Shown: in pieces, positions 11,519 through 22,926 of the stretch
Layout of the letters: every line of letters begins with the position of its first letter
Numbering within the stretch: the stretch's first letter is position 1
DNA from: Hydrurus foetidus
Lineage: Eukaryota
DNA length: 58,405 nucleotides
NCBI GenBank assembly: GCA_900617105.1
Contig: UYFQ01000213.1
Coordinates: 1 to 58,405, forward strand
Direction: 5' to 3'
The notes under the pieces: generated by a model
The model's database searches: none
The model's input: only the letters and a program-made list of their open reading frames with translations
What the model was told of the DNA's origin: nothing
Translations under genes and position numbers: made by a program

Positions 11519-14500
11519 CACATAGGGACGGACTCTATACTTGATTGCCATGTGCAGGCTTACTGTAATCTAACGCAACTAGTTTCTCCATCCGTCCCAT
11601 CTTACCTTTATGCCGATACCGGCTCAACGCATACGCTGCTTCGCGAATCAGACGCGCCGTACATCACTCGCACAACTCCAGCTGTGAACAATTTGCATGT
11701 CCTGCTTCCTAACGGCCAAGCGATTCACGCCATTGGCACATGCCACTTACATTTACCCCACATACACTGCCCCTTCATCGCCCACATCTTTCCAGATACG
11801 GCTCTCAACACGTCCCTCCTATCCATCGGGCAACTATGCCAATTGGGATGCACTGCGACATTCACCTCCGACACTGTCCACATTGTTCATGACAATTGCA
11901 CAGTGCTCCACGGATCCAAACTTCCAACCGACCGTCTTTGATCGATATCTGCGCCCCTCTCGACTCCCATCGCTAATGTAGCTCACGCACTAACTTCAGA
12001 TGCCGAGTTTGTCACGTTTGCTCACGCTGCACTTGGCAGCCCTGCTATCTCTTACACAAGCAGTCAGGCGGGGATACCTTCACTCATATTCGGGTCTCAC
12101 AACTGCTATCCTAACCGCACACCGACCAAACTACACGGCCACAGCAAAAGGGCATCTCGATCAGCAGCGGCAAGGGCAACGGTCAACCCAGATACCACTG
12201 CTCATATTCGACACTGATGACAACGCCGACGATGCCGACACTGCTAGCCCGACAATATCCTCTTCTTACACCAACACTTCAGCATACACTCAAGTCATAC
12301 TGGCGTCCCATACGCTACACTCAGATCTCACAGGTCGATTCTCTGTCACATCACGTACAGGTGCTCAGTACATGTTTGTATCTGTCCTCGATGGGTACAT
12401 TCACGTCGAGCCAATGAAAACACGACATCATAATGAATATGTCTCAGCATACAAGCGCACGCTAAATTTTTTTGCTCGCTGTGGACGCCGACCATTATTT
12501 CAACGGCTCGATAATGAAACTTCCGGCCCTCTGGAAGCCTTCGCCGCCGATAACAACATCACGATACAATATTGCCCACCGCATACGCACGGATCCCTCA
12601 AAGCCGAACGCGCCATCAGAACCTTTAAAAACCATTTCATTGCTACTCTCTGTACGGCAGCGCCTGACTTTCCTCTCACCCTCTGGGATGACATATTACC
12701 ACAGATCGAAATCTGCCTTAACCACCTACTACCATACGCCCCCAACAACACTGTCTCGGCATACGCTGGTATTCACGGCGGGGCCTTCGACTTCGCAAAA
12801 CATCCTATTGCGCCTATCGGCACTCGCGTGCCTATACATGATAAACCTACTGTCCGTACGTCTTGGGCTCCGCATGGCGTACCAGGATTCTACCTTGGTC
12901 CTGCACTCCAACACTACCGTTCATATCGCGTATGGTCCACAACTACCAACAACGTGCGAGTCACGGACACCGTCGCTTGGTTTCCGCACGCTTTCACCAT
13001 GCACGGCCCGACAACACACGACATGCTTATACGCACCATTGACAATTTACAGTCGGCTCTGCTTAGATTTTCTACTACACTGCCTGCCCTGCGCCACGCG
13101 GCACAGCCAACATCATTGCTCATCAACAGCATTGCAGCCAACCTACATGACATTGCCAACATGCATCTTCCTACAACTCTACCTCTCGTCCCACCTCCGG
13201 ACAGTGAACCTGCACCACCTTCGGACAGTGGACACGCCGCAGAACAGAGGGTGGTTGATACACTACCCGTAATTCTCTCATCTCCCGCGCCGAATGCTAA
13301 TACAGATGTTGTTAACAACGAGGTCGTCGCCACCTCTGGTCCCAATCAACTCTTGCGCGACACACCACTTCGGCCTTCTGTCCCACTACCACCTGCCTTA
13401 ATCACCGCACCCACGTGGTCTGCCCTCGCCAAAAATGCACTCAATCTCGAGCGACACTGGACAACCGCTCACGTATGCCTCCGCCAAAGCTGGACATAAC
13501 GCGCAGAAATGGGACATCGCCGAAGCCGAGGAACTCGTCCGCCTTCTCTCCACAAACACTATTCGACCTCTTAGTAGAAGTCAACAACCATTCGATCGTC
13601 GACGCGACACTACATATTATAATCCGCAGACTAAAGAAAAACAAAATGCGTCAGGGGAACGCACATTCCGCATTCGAGGCACTATTGGAGGTGATCGGGT
13701 GCACTACCCCGGACCCACCACGGCGCGAACGGCAGCCATGCCCCTTGTTAAGATGCTCATCCACTCAGTTATATCCGATAATGCGCAATGGCTCACCATA
13801 GACATTAAAGACTTCTATCTTAACACCCCCCTTCCACGACCAGAATACCTACGCATTCAGGCGAAATTCCTTCCTCCATCCATAATAACTAAATATAACA
13901 TGACCCCATACTTTCACAACAATTCCATCTTATTTGAAGTCAATAAAGGAATGTACGGACTCCCGCAAGCCGGATTGCTCGCCTAAGAGCGCCTACTAAA
14001 ACACCTCGCTTTGCACGACTACCACCAAACAAGCACCTCCTGCTTATTCCGACACTCCTCCAACGGCACCGTCTTCTCTCTCGTAGTCGATGACTTCGGT
14101 GTCAAGTACACCACCAAAGCGGGGGTCGATCACCTTATCACCACACTACAGACCCTATACCCTATCACCGTAGACTGGTCCGGCGCCAAGTACCTAGGCT
14201 TCTCAATTGCCTTCGACAGACACCTCCACACTGTCACTCTCACCATGCCAGGCTACATCGCCAAAGTACTTCAACGATTTGCTCCCTCCCTCATCACCGG
14301 TGCCAATTCGCCTGCTATCTACATCCCTCCACACTATGGAGTCGGACAACAGACACCATCAGTCGATACTAGCGCTCCACTCTCGACGGCAGAGACCACC
14401 ACGTTGCAAGAACTCGTGGGTTCCCTCCTCTACTACGCGCGAGGTGTCGATATAACCATCCTCCCCGCAGTTAAGCATCTCTCCTCCTTACAAGCACATC

Positions 14501-15129
14501 CCACGCAAGACGTCCTCCAAGCGGCTCAACGCCTCCTCGCCTACTGTTCTCGACTTCCGGACAATGCACTCCGATAACATGCATGCGACATGGTCCTCCA
14601 CATACAATCAGATGCCTCCTACTTATCTAGACCCCTTGCACGGTCAGTTGCGGGTGCCATTTTCTACCTTGGTTATCTCAACCAACCAACACACATTAAC
14701 GGATCCGTACATACACTCAGCACCATCATACCAGCAGTCGTAGCATCTGTTGCCGAAGCAGAATATGCTGCACTGTTTCTCGCCGGGCAAGAAGGAGTCT
14801 GGCTACGTCATATTTTGCAGTCCCTAGGGTATCCTCAGGCGGCAACTACCATTCTTTGTGACAACAGGTGCGCCGAAGGCATAGCTTTGGATACAATAAA
14901 GCCGAAACGTACCAAGAGCATAGACATGCGCTTCCACTGGATCCGCGACCGCATCCAACAAAAGCAATTCATCGTCACATGGCGAAAAGGTGCTGATAAC
15001 TTAGCAGATTTCTTTACCAAACCGCTTCCCGTACACGTCCACCAATCGCTCATGCCCCTGCTAGTCCACGTGCCTCCATCCTCATCTGCCCGAGCAGTAC
15101 AATGGAGAAAGTACACGCGACGAAACTAA
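11519..15129 (+). pseudogene. pol of Copia element 1 (protease, integrase, RT, RNase H)
   Basis: YADTGS (PR); HSDLTG, RLDNE and KAERAI (IN); IDIKDFYL and VVDDF (RT); SDASY (RH). In-frame stops at 11939, 13984 and 14575, plus frameshifts. Confidence 0.93.
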
Positions 15130-15382
15130 ATGCCGACTTTGCAGTCGCCAAGGGAGACCATGTTTCACATAGTATCGTCTCACACAGACAGGTCCAGGGG
15201 ATTCCCGCACTTTTCAGCACGCCGACTCCCCTACTACCGGAAGCTGGATTCCACTGGGACTCGAGCCGACGGCCTCTCGATTACGGCTGAGTATCTCTAA
15301 CCAACTGCGTCAACACTCGTGAATACTTGACTAGAAAATACAAATAAATACGTTCACACCATCTTATCTGTTTGAGAGGGTG

Positions 15383-15599
15383 TGTTGGTCCACGTACTGT
15401 ACGTCCACGCAGTACGTACTTTGGCACAGCCCGTACACTCCATGTCGTACGCTATTAGATTCAAATACATGCAGTGCAGTCACACAGTATTTCATAGTCA
15501 ACTTGCAATTTTACATCTCACACATAATTTAATTCCAACACCCGTGAAACAAGTCCTTCGTTTCACATTTGGTACGCAATTCAATCTGCGATATCAATA
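15383..15599 (+). repeat. 3' LTR of Copia element 1
   Basis: Copy of 10237-10451 with terminal CA mutated to TA, followed by TSD TGGTG. Confidence 0.95.
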
Positions 15600-15740
15600 T
15601 GGTGCACCTGAGATACTGTGTATTGGGGGATAAACCTTTATGGTGGTTCCACCTCTATTTAAGAGATGACAAATAATACGGAGCTAGAATTGCAGGGATA
15701 TGACCGTATTCCTGCAGTCCCAGAATGGTTTTAGGGGGTC

Positions 15741-15791
15741 TAATTTTGGGGGGACTATTATTTTGGGGGGACTATCATTTTGGGGGTCACA
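15741..15791. repeat. 17-bp tandem repeat, 3 copies
   Basis: TAATTTTGGGGGGACTA / TTATTTTGGGGGGACTA / TCATTTTGGGGGTCACA. Confidence 0.7.
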
Positions 15792-17170
15792 GATCCGATG
15801 AAAGGGGGACTACTGCCATAATCAATGCTACGTCACATAAAATGTCCTGTACGCATGAACTGTTCATCTAAATAGGATGAATTCCATACCTTCAAATGAC
15901 GTATCTAACTGACACATGACTGTATATACAGTATACAGTATACAGTTTACAGTTTAGTTTTATCCCCCACCTGGCACGTTGATACTAGGGCTTTGTCCAG
16001 CTCCCCCCTGCCAAATAGGGGTCACTTTTGGCGAAAATTTTACGGCCAAATTGCCAAAAGCTGTAGAAACTTCTAGATTTGAATTTTAGTTACGGGAAAT
16101 GATTGCTGTCGTCATTACAAGTTCAAAAACACTCTTACACGACGTAAGGAAGAACGAAGGGTGAAGATTCATCAAAGTTACAGGATCTCAAAATTTTTTT
16201 AGGGTGACGTTGCGTATCTGCAACCTCATTCTAGTCACAATTCTTTCATCACTTAATCCCCAAAGCTATATCGCGGCAATAAGAAAATGGACACGTTGAC
16301 TGATGAGGAGCTATCTATGGAAATGAAAAGGAGGAGCAATTTGCTTGAAAAGAAAAGGCAGACAGAAGAGACCTCTGCGATAGCTCAGAAAAGAATGCGG
16401 TTACAGAGAGAATTGGATGAACTCGATTATCAAAGAGATTCGTGGTCGTCAATAACCTTGAGCACTTCAAGTTCTGCGGCTTCCTCAAGTTCGCTCACCT
16501 CCTCGTTTTCTGAGGCTTCCTCAAGACGTTTCCAAAGATTGTGGGTTGCGTTTTCGACGGACGAAACTTTACAAGCTCCCATCGCAGTGATAGTTTTCAG
16601 ACGTTGTGTTCAGAGGTCTCACTAAGTTTTAGGGAGAAGGAAGAAATTTCTACTGTGAAAGTTGTTGTAATAGTGTTTCCTGTCGAGAGAAAGTGGTGAA
16701 AGCAACTGAGTACAGAGTACAGTCCATGGTGCGGGGAGAGTTCTGAGAAATTTCTGACCGTTGGATCTTGGACCTAAGTCTGGAATCATGGTTCCAGTTC
16801 GTTGCCAATTGTGCCAAAAAGGCCTTTTTCAGCGTTTGTTAAAGGATACCGGACGGTAGTATGGGTTCTCTGGAGCGGCTAGGAGCAAGGACCGCTGATC
16901 GCTGCCGGTCCCTATAGGGACGGCTGGGGAGGGGGAGAGGGGGGGGGGGACAGGACGGGGAACGATGACGATGTCAGCGTTGGATTGACTCGCAGCGGGA
17001 ACGAGTCCCCCTTGTTACCGTCGCGTCACACTAGTTTTTGAATTAATTATTTAGCATATTTTCGAATTATGAATTTTGCATGTCTGCGCGTAATCGACGC
17101 GTTCGAGTGAGAGTGTTCTCTCACAATTTTTTGATCAGCTTTAGTCTATCTTGTCTAGCATATTTGATCA

Positions 17171-18796
17171 ATGTCTACGAGTGCCTCTTCCGGTGAAACC
17201 AGTGGTGTGGTGATTCCAGCGTACCCGCCGGTCACAGGTGCGATGGTGCGTGCTTTGGAACACGCAGCGGCGATCGTGGCAGGATACTCTGACGATGAGG
17301 GCGAGCAGTTCGCGATGCAGATGGTGTTCTCTATCCCAGCTGCGGACGTTCCGGCCAACTCGGTGATTGTCATTCCCCTGGACACACCGAAGACGGACGA
17401 GGTGCTCAACTTCACGTTCCTGGCATCGTGCAAGTCCATGTACTTCCAGGTCCACGAGAAACCTCAGACCCGGATGACTTACGGTCACTGCGCCAACTTC
17501 TCGGCGGGTACCGTGGATCGACCCATCCCGATTGGAGGTCTAGTGAGGTTTCCCTCGATGGGTCACTATCTGGTTGCTCAACCACGCTTGCTGCACGCCC
17601 TGCATGCTTCATTGGGGCCTACGGGCGGGGATGCGGCAGGGGTAGAGTCAGTGAAGCGTCCCTGTATTCGCCCACTGGCAGGAGGGGGTGAGCAGGCTGA
17701 AGACACGGCCGGTAGAACAAAAGGTATGTCCATCGTAGATTTAGATGGAGGCGAGCACCCAACACGAAACAAGGCGGAACTCCACCAACGTGAGAGGGAT
17801 TTGCGGTTAACGTACCGCGTTATGGATACGGCTAAACAGTGCTATAGTATTCGATCCGACGTCACCCTACAGCCGGACGACTATCGAGGAATGCTCTTTG
17901 AACAGGGGGACGCGCAGGCCGTCGACAGGCATCCTGCGTTCTTATCTTGCGGCCTTATGAACCGTATTGAGAATCTACCGGTTCTCGGCGAGATCGGTAA
18001 ACTCACACTGCTGCTTGTTGGTTCAGTCCTCACTGATAACGGTGCTCCGACTTTGTGCTTGGAAGATTTCGTCTCAGGGGAGAAAATCGCGTCCAAGCCG
18101 TCGCCATGCCCATCCAACAACGCGGGCTTGGTGACGGCGTTGAAGAACTTGCAAATGGTGATGCAAGTCTGCTTCTCGGACGTCTTCGGGAAAGCGTTGG
18201 AGTCATTCGTTGACAAGCTGGAGGGTGCTACTAGGCCCATGGAGCTCGTAGCCTCGGATTTTTTGAAACACTCCGTCCAGTTCAACATCAGACGATTCTT
18301 TCGCGAAGTCTCAACCGTGAAAGGGACTGATCTGCAGGCTGGCCAGTCTTTTAAAACTCCAGAGCTCTGTGCAGCCTACCTCACAACTCTTTTCGATAAG
18401 CTGGCGGAGGAGCTCTCGAATCATCCCATGATGGTGATGAGAGAGGCGCATTTTCGGCTACGGGCTGTACGTCCTCTGGTGTCGTTTTCCTCGGAGAAGA
18501 CGCCTGCGAAGAAGGAGGCAGCTTTAGTTAGAGTGGAGAAACCGGCGGCATCGGTAGTTACCCCTTCCGACGACAAGAAGGAGGTTAACGTGAGGCCTTG
18601 CGTCGGACATTTGGGACACTTACTGGGCGCGGTAAATAAGGATGGCCGACCATATACGTGCAAATTCGGAAAGGACTGTGCATTCCGGCACCTTACGATA
18701 GAGGATAAGTCGAAGCAAAGGTTGCTCGACATCGTCGGCTCACTGACCGCGATTCCTCGAGCGGACCTGACACGGGCTGTCGTTAAACGCTCCTGA
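17171..18796 (+). CDS. Gag-like ORF1 of the YR retrotransposon
   Basis: 541-aa open frame upstream of RT, with a C-terminal Cys/His finger (CVGH...CKFGKDCAFRH). Confidence 0.75.
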   Translation: MSTSASSGETSGVVIPAYPPVTGAMVRALEHAAAIVAGYSDDEGEQFAMQMVFSIPAADVPANSVIVIPLDTPKTDEVLNFTFLASCKSMYFQVHEKPQTRMTYGHCANFSAGTVDRPIPIGGLVRFPSMGHYLVAQPRLLHALHASLGPTGGDAAGVESVKRPCIRPLAGGGEQAEDTAGRTKGMSIVDLDGGEHPTRNKAELHQRERDLRLTYRVMDTAKQCYSIRSDVTLQPDDYRGMLFEQGDAQAVDRHPAFLSCGLMNRIENLPVLGEIGKLTLLLVGSVLTDNGAPTLCLEDFVSGEKIASKPSPCPSNNAGLVTALKNLQMVMQVCFSDVFGKALESFVDKLEGATRPMELVASDFLKHSVQFNIRRFFREVSTVKGTDLQAGQSFKTPELCAAYLTTLFDKLAEELSNHPMMVMREAHFRLRAVRPLVSFSSEKTPAKKEAALVRVEKPAASVVTPSDDKKEVNVRPCVGHLGHLLGAVNKDGRPYTCKFGKDCAFRHLTIEDKSKQRLLDIVGSLTAIPRADLTRAVVKRS

Positions 18797-19246
18797 CTTC
18801 CGGAAGCGGTGTCGCCTGCCAACACAGGTTCGTACCAACTGATAGTAGAGCGTTGCTCGGGTCGATCCTCTGATCGGCAGCCTGTTGCGTACTCATCTGT
18901 TTGCGTGTTGACGATGAGTTTGCGTGATAGTGCTGTGTCATCGGCCCTCCCCGAATACTATGGGGGCCGCTGCCGAGAAGTAGACAGTGGAACTGGTTGT
19001 TGCCTGTCTTGTGTTTAACACTGACGCATGCGGTCGCGTATGAACGATCAGCGAAAACGGGGATCCAGAGGTGTCTGGACCCTCCGCATGCGGTATGAAT
19101 GAATGATGCATATCGTCGCATGATACCCGTGTTCTGGGCTGTGTTTATCATGCGACCGTATCATCGGGCATTACGCTAATGCACTTGAGTGCCATGCGAT
19201 GCCTGCAGTTTGATCCATAGCGTATGGAGACTCACCTCCGATCTCA

Positions 19247-21457
19247 TTGTTATATGCAGTTGTGGAGTGCACGAGGCATGTTAAGGCACTGAGTCCGACC
19301 CAGCGAGAGTCTGGACCGGGGGTCACGAGCAGTTCGGTGGGGAGAGGTGGAGTCGATCCGGGCGAAGCGGCGCCCATGATAGGCTCGTGGATAGAAGCGT
19401 GCTTCCCAGGAAGCGCACCCACGAGCAAGACTGGGATACAGGAGTTGATAGCTGAGGCTGCAGAAGCCGCACGTAACGACTTCGGAGCGGACGCAGCCAA
19501 TGAGTGGGCCGACGGATATACTTTCCCACCAGAGCTCCTAGCCAGCAATGTCCGCTGCCTTAGGGCGGCCCAGCTCGACTTCAGGAGTATGGTGGAGCGG
19601 CGGTTGAAGATCCTGTCAAAGGACCGCTTGAGTCGGAAGAGCGTGACCTCTCTTAGCCCCGACAATCCGGAGATAGCGTTAATGGAAGATCTAGCTGACG
19701 GAATGAGGGTCGCCATACCTGAGGGTTTCATCCCTAACGGTCATCAGCCCCGGTCGCCGCTGCGCGCTTCGTACGAGACGGTGTCGACCGCCGTAAACAA
19801 GATGCTAGGCGCCGTGATAGAGCAACGCTTAGCGTTCATATTGCCATTGAATTTGGCCCAAGCCCATGTCCCTAACCTCCACTTGTGCAAGGCGCACTGG
19901 ACGACCAAGAAAGGGAAGGCGTCGGGACGCCCTTTGGGGGATCTAAGCAATGTGGACGGGACACCGCTCAACACGGACGCCACAGCCGAAGCCGCCACCG
20001 CGTACTATGGACCCATTACGCACCCAACCATAGAAGACATAGCCATGATGGTGGACCGATTCTGGAGGGATGCCTCTGCACGCGACCCCTCGCTTAGGCA
20101 TGAAGACCTTCGGCTATGGAAGATGGATCTTAAGGGGGCGTACACCCTCATATCGTTCCGACCCGAGTACGTCGGACTGTTCGGAATGTTGCTTACCGAC
20201 GGTCTTGTTTATCTCCAACTCGCCGGCATCTTCGGCTGGTCAGGCACTCCCGCAGCCTTCCAAGTGGTAACGCGAGCGATCGCCTGGGAGCTCCGATCAA
20301 GACTCCATAGCCGCACCGTTATGTACGTGGATGACATAATCGGGATCGGTTTCAAGACAGATATTGCTGCCGATCTTGCCTTGACACGGAGCATATGCAC
20401 TAAGCTGCTTGGACCCGGCGCCGTCGCAGACGAAAAGACGGAAGTAAGCCGGCGCTTAGATGTCATAGGCTATGTCATTGATTTAGATACCGGTCGAGTG
20501 CTGATAAGTAAGAAGAATTTCTTAACAGCACTTAACGGTTTTCTGAATGCGGACACAACGGAGCGGATTAACCTGAGGACCGCGCAGCGTCTCGCATCGT
20601 GGAGCACGCGTTACGGCAAGATATGCCGGGTGATGCGGCCGTTTTGCAGCGCTCTATACCGGCTGACGTGGGGTCGGACCGACCCCCATGCGCTGTTCCA
20701 CCTGTCGGCGGAGGCGATTGTAGCGATCCAGTGTTGGCGAGCGATGCTATGCCTCGTGCGGCACAGGGAAACGGAGTTCACCCGCTCCATTTCATCTTTC
20801 GCGCCAGAGACCCCGACGATAGTGGCAGAGTTCGACTCTTCACTTAGCGGCGCCGGTCTCATATGGTATAGCAGATGTGGCGACGCAGAGGTGGCGGTGG
20901 GTGTCGGCGCCGCTGATCTTCTATTCCTCGGTTTCGGTGAGGACTCTTCTTTCCAGAACTTGTCCGAGTTTTTGGGAGCGATTTTAGCCATACTCGGACA
21001 AATCGCCCTCGGTTTTCGGGGGAGGAGTGTGGCCCTCAGGGGCGACAGTGTTACAGCACTGACGTGGGCCATAACTGAGAGGCCAAGAGGAGAACGGGTG
21101 ACAAAGGCCGCGATGGTGTTCTCACTACTCTGTATCGCGGCCGGGGTGGACATCAAAGAGGTCACGCACATTCCAGGCACGGAGAACAAGAATTGCGATC
21201 GACTCTCCAGAAGAGGCCGCGCGCCCACGATGTCCATCATAGAGGAGGCGGAAGCGATGGGTGTGCGGGGGGTAGACGTCGTCGAGATCGATGGTGACGA
21301 CGATATCCTTAGCATTTTAAAGCTGTGTGATCCCAGGTCCGAGCTGCACTCTGAAGAGGAGTTCATAGCGTTTTGGTCTGCAGTGAGGCATTCCATTGAT
21401 TCCTTCTTGCGGCGACACCCACACTCGGCAGCGGTGAGCGTCTTACCCCAGGAGTAG
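19247..21457 (+). CDS. Reverse transcriptase-RNase H of the YR retrotransposon
   Basis: KMDLKGAY, GIFGWSGTP and MYVDDII (RT); EFDSSLSG, RGDSVTAL and HIPGTENKNCDRLSR (DIRS-type RNase H). Start uncertain; first ATG is 19376. Confidence 0.93.
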   Translation: MLYAVVECTRHVKALSPTQRESGPGVTSSSVGRGGVDPGEAAPMIGSWIEACFPGSAPTSKTGIQELIAEAAEAARNDFGADAANEWADGYTFPPELLASNVRCLRAAQLDFRSMVERRLKILSKDRLSRKSVTSLSPDNPEIALMEDLADGMRVAIPEGFIPNGHQPRSPLRASYETVSTAVNKMLGAVIEQRLAFILPLNLAQAHVPNLHLCKAHWTTKKGKASGRPLGDLSNVDGTPLNTDATAEAATAYYGPITHPTIEDIAMMVDRFWRDASARDPSLRHEDLRLWKMDLKGAYTLISFRPEYVGLFGMLLTDGLVYLQLAGIFGWSGTPAAFQVVTRAIAWELRSRLHSRTVMYVDDIIGIGFKTDIAADLALTRSICTKLLGPGAVADEKTEVSRRLDVIGYVIDLDTGRVLISKKNFLTALNGFLNADTTERINLRTAQRLASWSTRYGKICRVMRPFCSALYRLTWGRTDPHALFHLSAEAIVAIQCWRAMLCLVRHRETEFTRSISSFAPETPTIVAEFDSSLSGAGLIWYSRCGDAEVAVGVGAADLLFLGFGEDSSFQNLSEFLGAILAILGQIALGFRGRSVALRGDSVTALTWAITERPRGERVTKAAMVFSLLCIAAGVDIKEVTHIPGTENKNCDRLSRRGRAPTMSIIEEAEAMGVRGVDVVEIDGDDDILSILKLCDPRSELHSEEEFIAFWSAVRHSIDSFLRRHPHSAAVSVLPQE

Positions 21458-21720
21458 GAGCAGGGCCATGCACCCGTAAGATGACATTGTCTCGTCAATC
21501 GATCAAGAACTGGAGCAGCACCATCAGCCCGAGGCCAGGAGCACCATCAGTCAAATCGACACGTTGCAGAACCACCTCACCATCCGTCCGAGATGAGGAG
21601 CGCCATCAGTCCGAGTTAAGAAGCACCCTCCGTCCGAGTCCCGAGTCAAACCCACACGCTATAGCTCTACCTAACTATCGTTCCGCTACGCGTTGTCTAC
21701 GCTCGTAACCCCTTCACCCG

Positions 21721-22926
21721 TTGAATGTTACAATCACAGGAGTCGGAGGAGTGGTGTCGGCCCAGAGCCGGCAGGAGCTGGCCCGGTTCCTCGGTAGTTC
21801 AGTGCTGCCTAACACCAACCGCGTGTACGACAAGTGTTGGGGGCAGTGGACCTCTTTCCTTAAGAGCGAGGTGGACGAGGACGACCCGTACGTGAGCAGC
21901 GCGGGGGACGAGGAGAAGGCGGCCCTGGTAGCGATTATGATGCTGAGGAAGCACGAGCAGGGTCTGAGGGGTAAGCAGGCGACCTCGTTTACAGCAGCCA
22001 TTCGCATGCGTTTCGCCCAGCAAGGACTCTCGATAGACTTCTTCGACTCGCCAGTAATCGCCACCGCAAGGGCTGCCTGCAAACTTAAGCCCGAGGAGCT
22101 CCGGGAGAGGAAGGACAGCGGTGCAGCGGCCAGCGTCAAGCTGCCTGTGTGCGAGAGCATACTGGCGGGTATGAGAGCGAGGATGTGGACAGGGCGCGGG
22201 TGGGCAGGCGCGGACATGCGGGAACGCATGACATACATCGGGTGTATGTGGGCATTCGAGATGGGAGCACGTGTATCGGAGTATACGACTCCTGAGCCTG
22301 GAGGTGTCGACCATTGTGTTCGACTGGACGATTTGATCTTCGTAGCAGTTTTTCCCAGTGGTACCAGGAGCCTTTACGGCAGTGAGCTCGCCGGACTCGG
22401 ACTTGCGGGCGGCGTGGCTGGTAGACCGAACGTCGTGGAGTGCAGGGCCACCGGTGCAACCGCCAAGGGGAAGGCGCTGATAAAGCCGAAGATCGTCCGT
22501 CGCCGGTCCGTGGAGGAGAGCAGGTTTCTCGACGACCTCATCGACTTCATCGTGCATAGCGGAAGCACAAGCAAGGATGAACTGTTCAGCTACCGTTGCG
22601 AAGGGTGTATCCACGTGAAAATGCGGGCCAAGGATGTTCGGCAGGCTCTCAAGAATGCGTGTGAGGAGAACGACCTCGACCCTAACTACTTCAGTTCGCA
22701 CTCCCTAAGGAAGGGGGCAATCACGGAGATGCGCTGTCTAGGCGCGTCAGAGGACGACCGGAGGGACAGAGGGAATTACGCACCAAATTCCCAGGTGATG
22801 AATCTCACGTATGATTACGGCGTGGGTATCGGCCCACTCGCTTCTAACAGCTTAGTCGGCGGACACAAGCCGACGGTCGAAGACATAAGAAGACTGATAC
22901 CCCCGGCGAGAAGAGTCGAGGGATAA
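21721..22926 (+). CDS. Tyrosine recombinase of the YR retrotransposon
   Basis: GARVSEY (catalytic R), TAK, SHSLRKG (HxxR) and a C-terminal Tyr in LTYDY. Confidence 0.92.
   Translation: MNVTITGVGGVVSAQSRQELARFLGSSVLPNTNRVYDKCWGQWTSFLKSEVDEDDPYVSSAGDEEKAALVAIMMLRKHEQGLRGKQATSFTAAIRMRFAQQGLSIDFFDSPVIATARAACKLKPEELRERKDSGAAASVKLPVCESILAGMRARMWTGRGWAGADMRERMTYIGCMWAFEMGARVSEYTTPEPGGVDHCVRLDDLIFVAVFPSGTRSLYGSELAGLGLAGGVAGRPNVVECRATGATAKGKALIKPKIVRRRSVEESRFLDDLIDFIVHSGSTSKDELFSYRCEGCIHVKMRAKDVRQALKNACEENDLDPNYFSSHSLRKGAITEMRCLGASEDDRRDRGNYAPNSQVMNLTYDYGVGIGPLASNSLVGGHKPTVEDIRRLIPPARRVEG

Larger units (their letters stand above)
10237..15599 (+). mobile_element. Full-length Ty1/Copia LTR retrotransposon (CoDi-like), coding region decayed
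   Basis: LTRs at 10237-10451 and 15383-15599 (3 substitutions and one 2-nt indel seen), 5-bp TSD TGGTG, PPT GAGAGGGTG, domain order gag-PR-IN-RT-RH. Confidence 0.96.

Noticed and set aside
16287..16625. 112-aa coiled-coil/Ser-rich ORF in the hAT shell
   Set aside because: No transposase or other motif; cannot assign a function
20611..22701. Long antisense ORFs (295 and 300 aa) over RT and YR
   Set aside because: Shadow ORFs of GC-rich coding sequence, with no motifs
21721..22926. Phage integrase or prokaryotic contamination
   Set aside because: Linked to a DIRS-type RT-RNase H and a gag-like ORF, and nested within eukaryotic transposons
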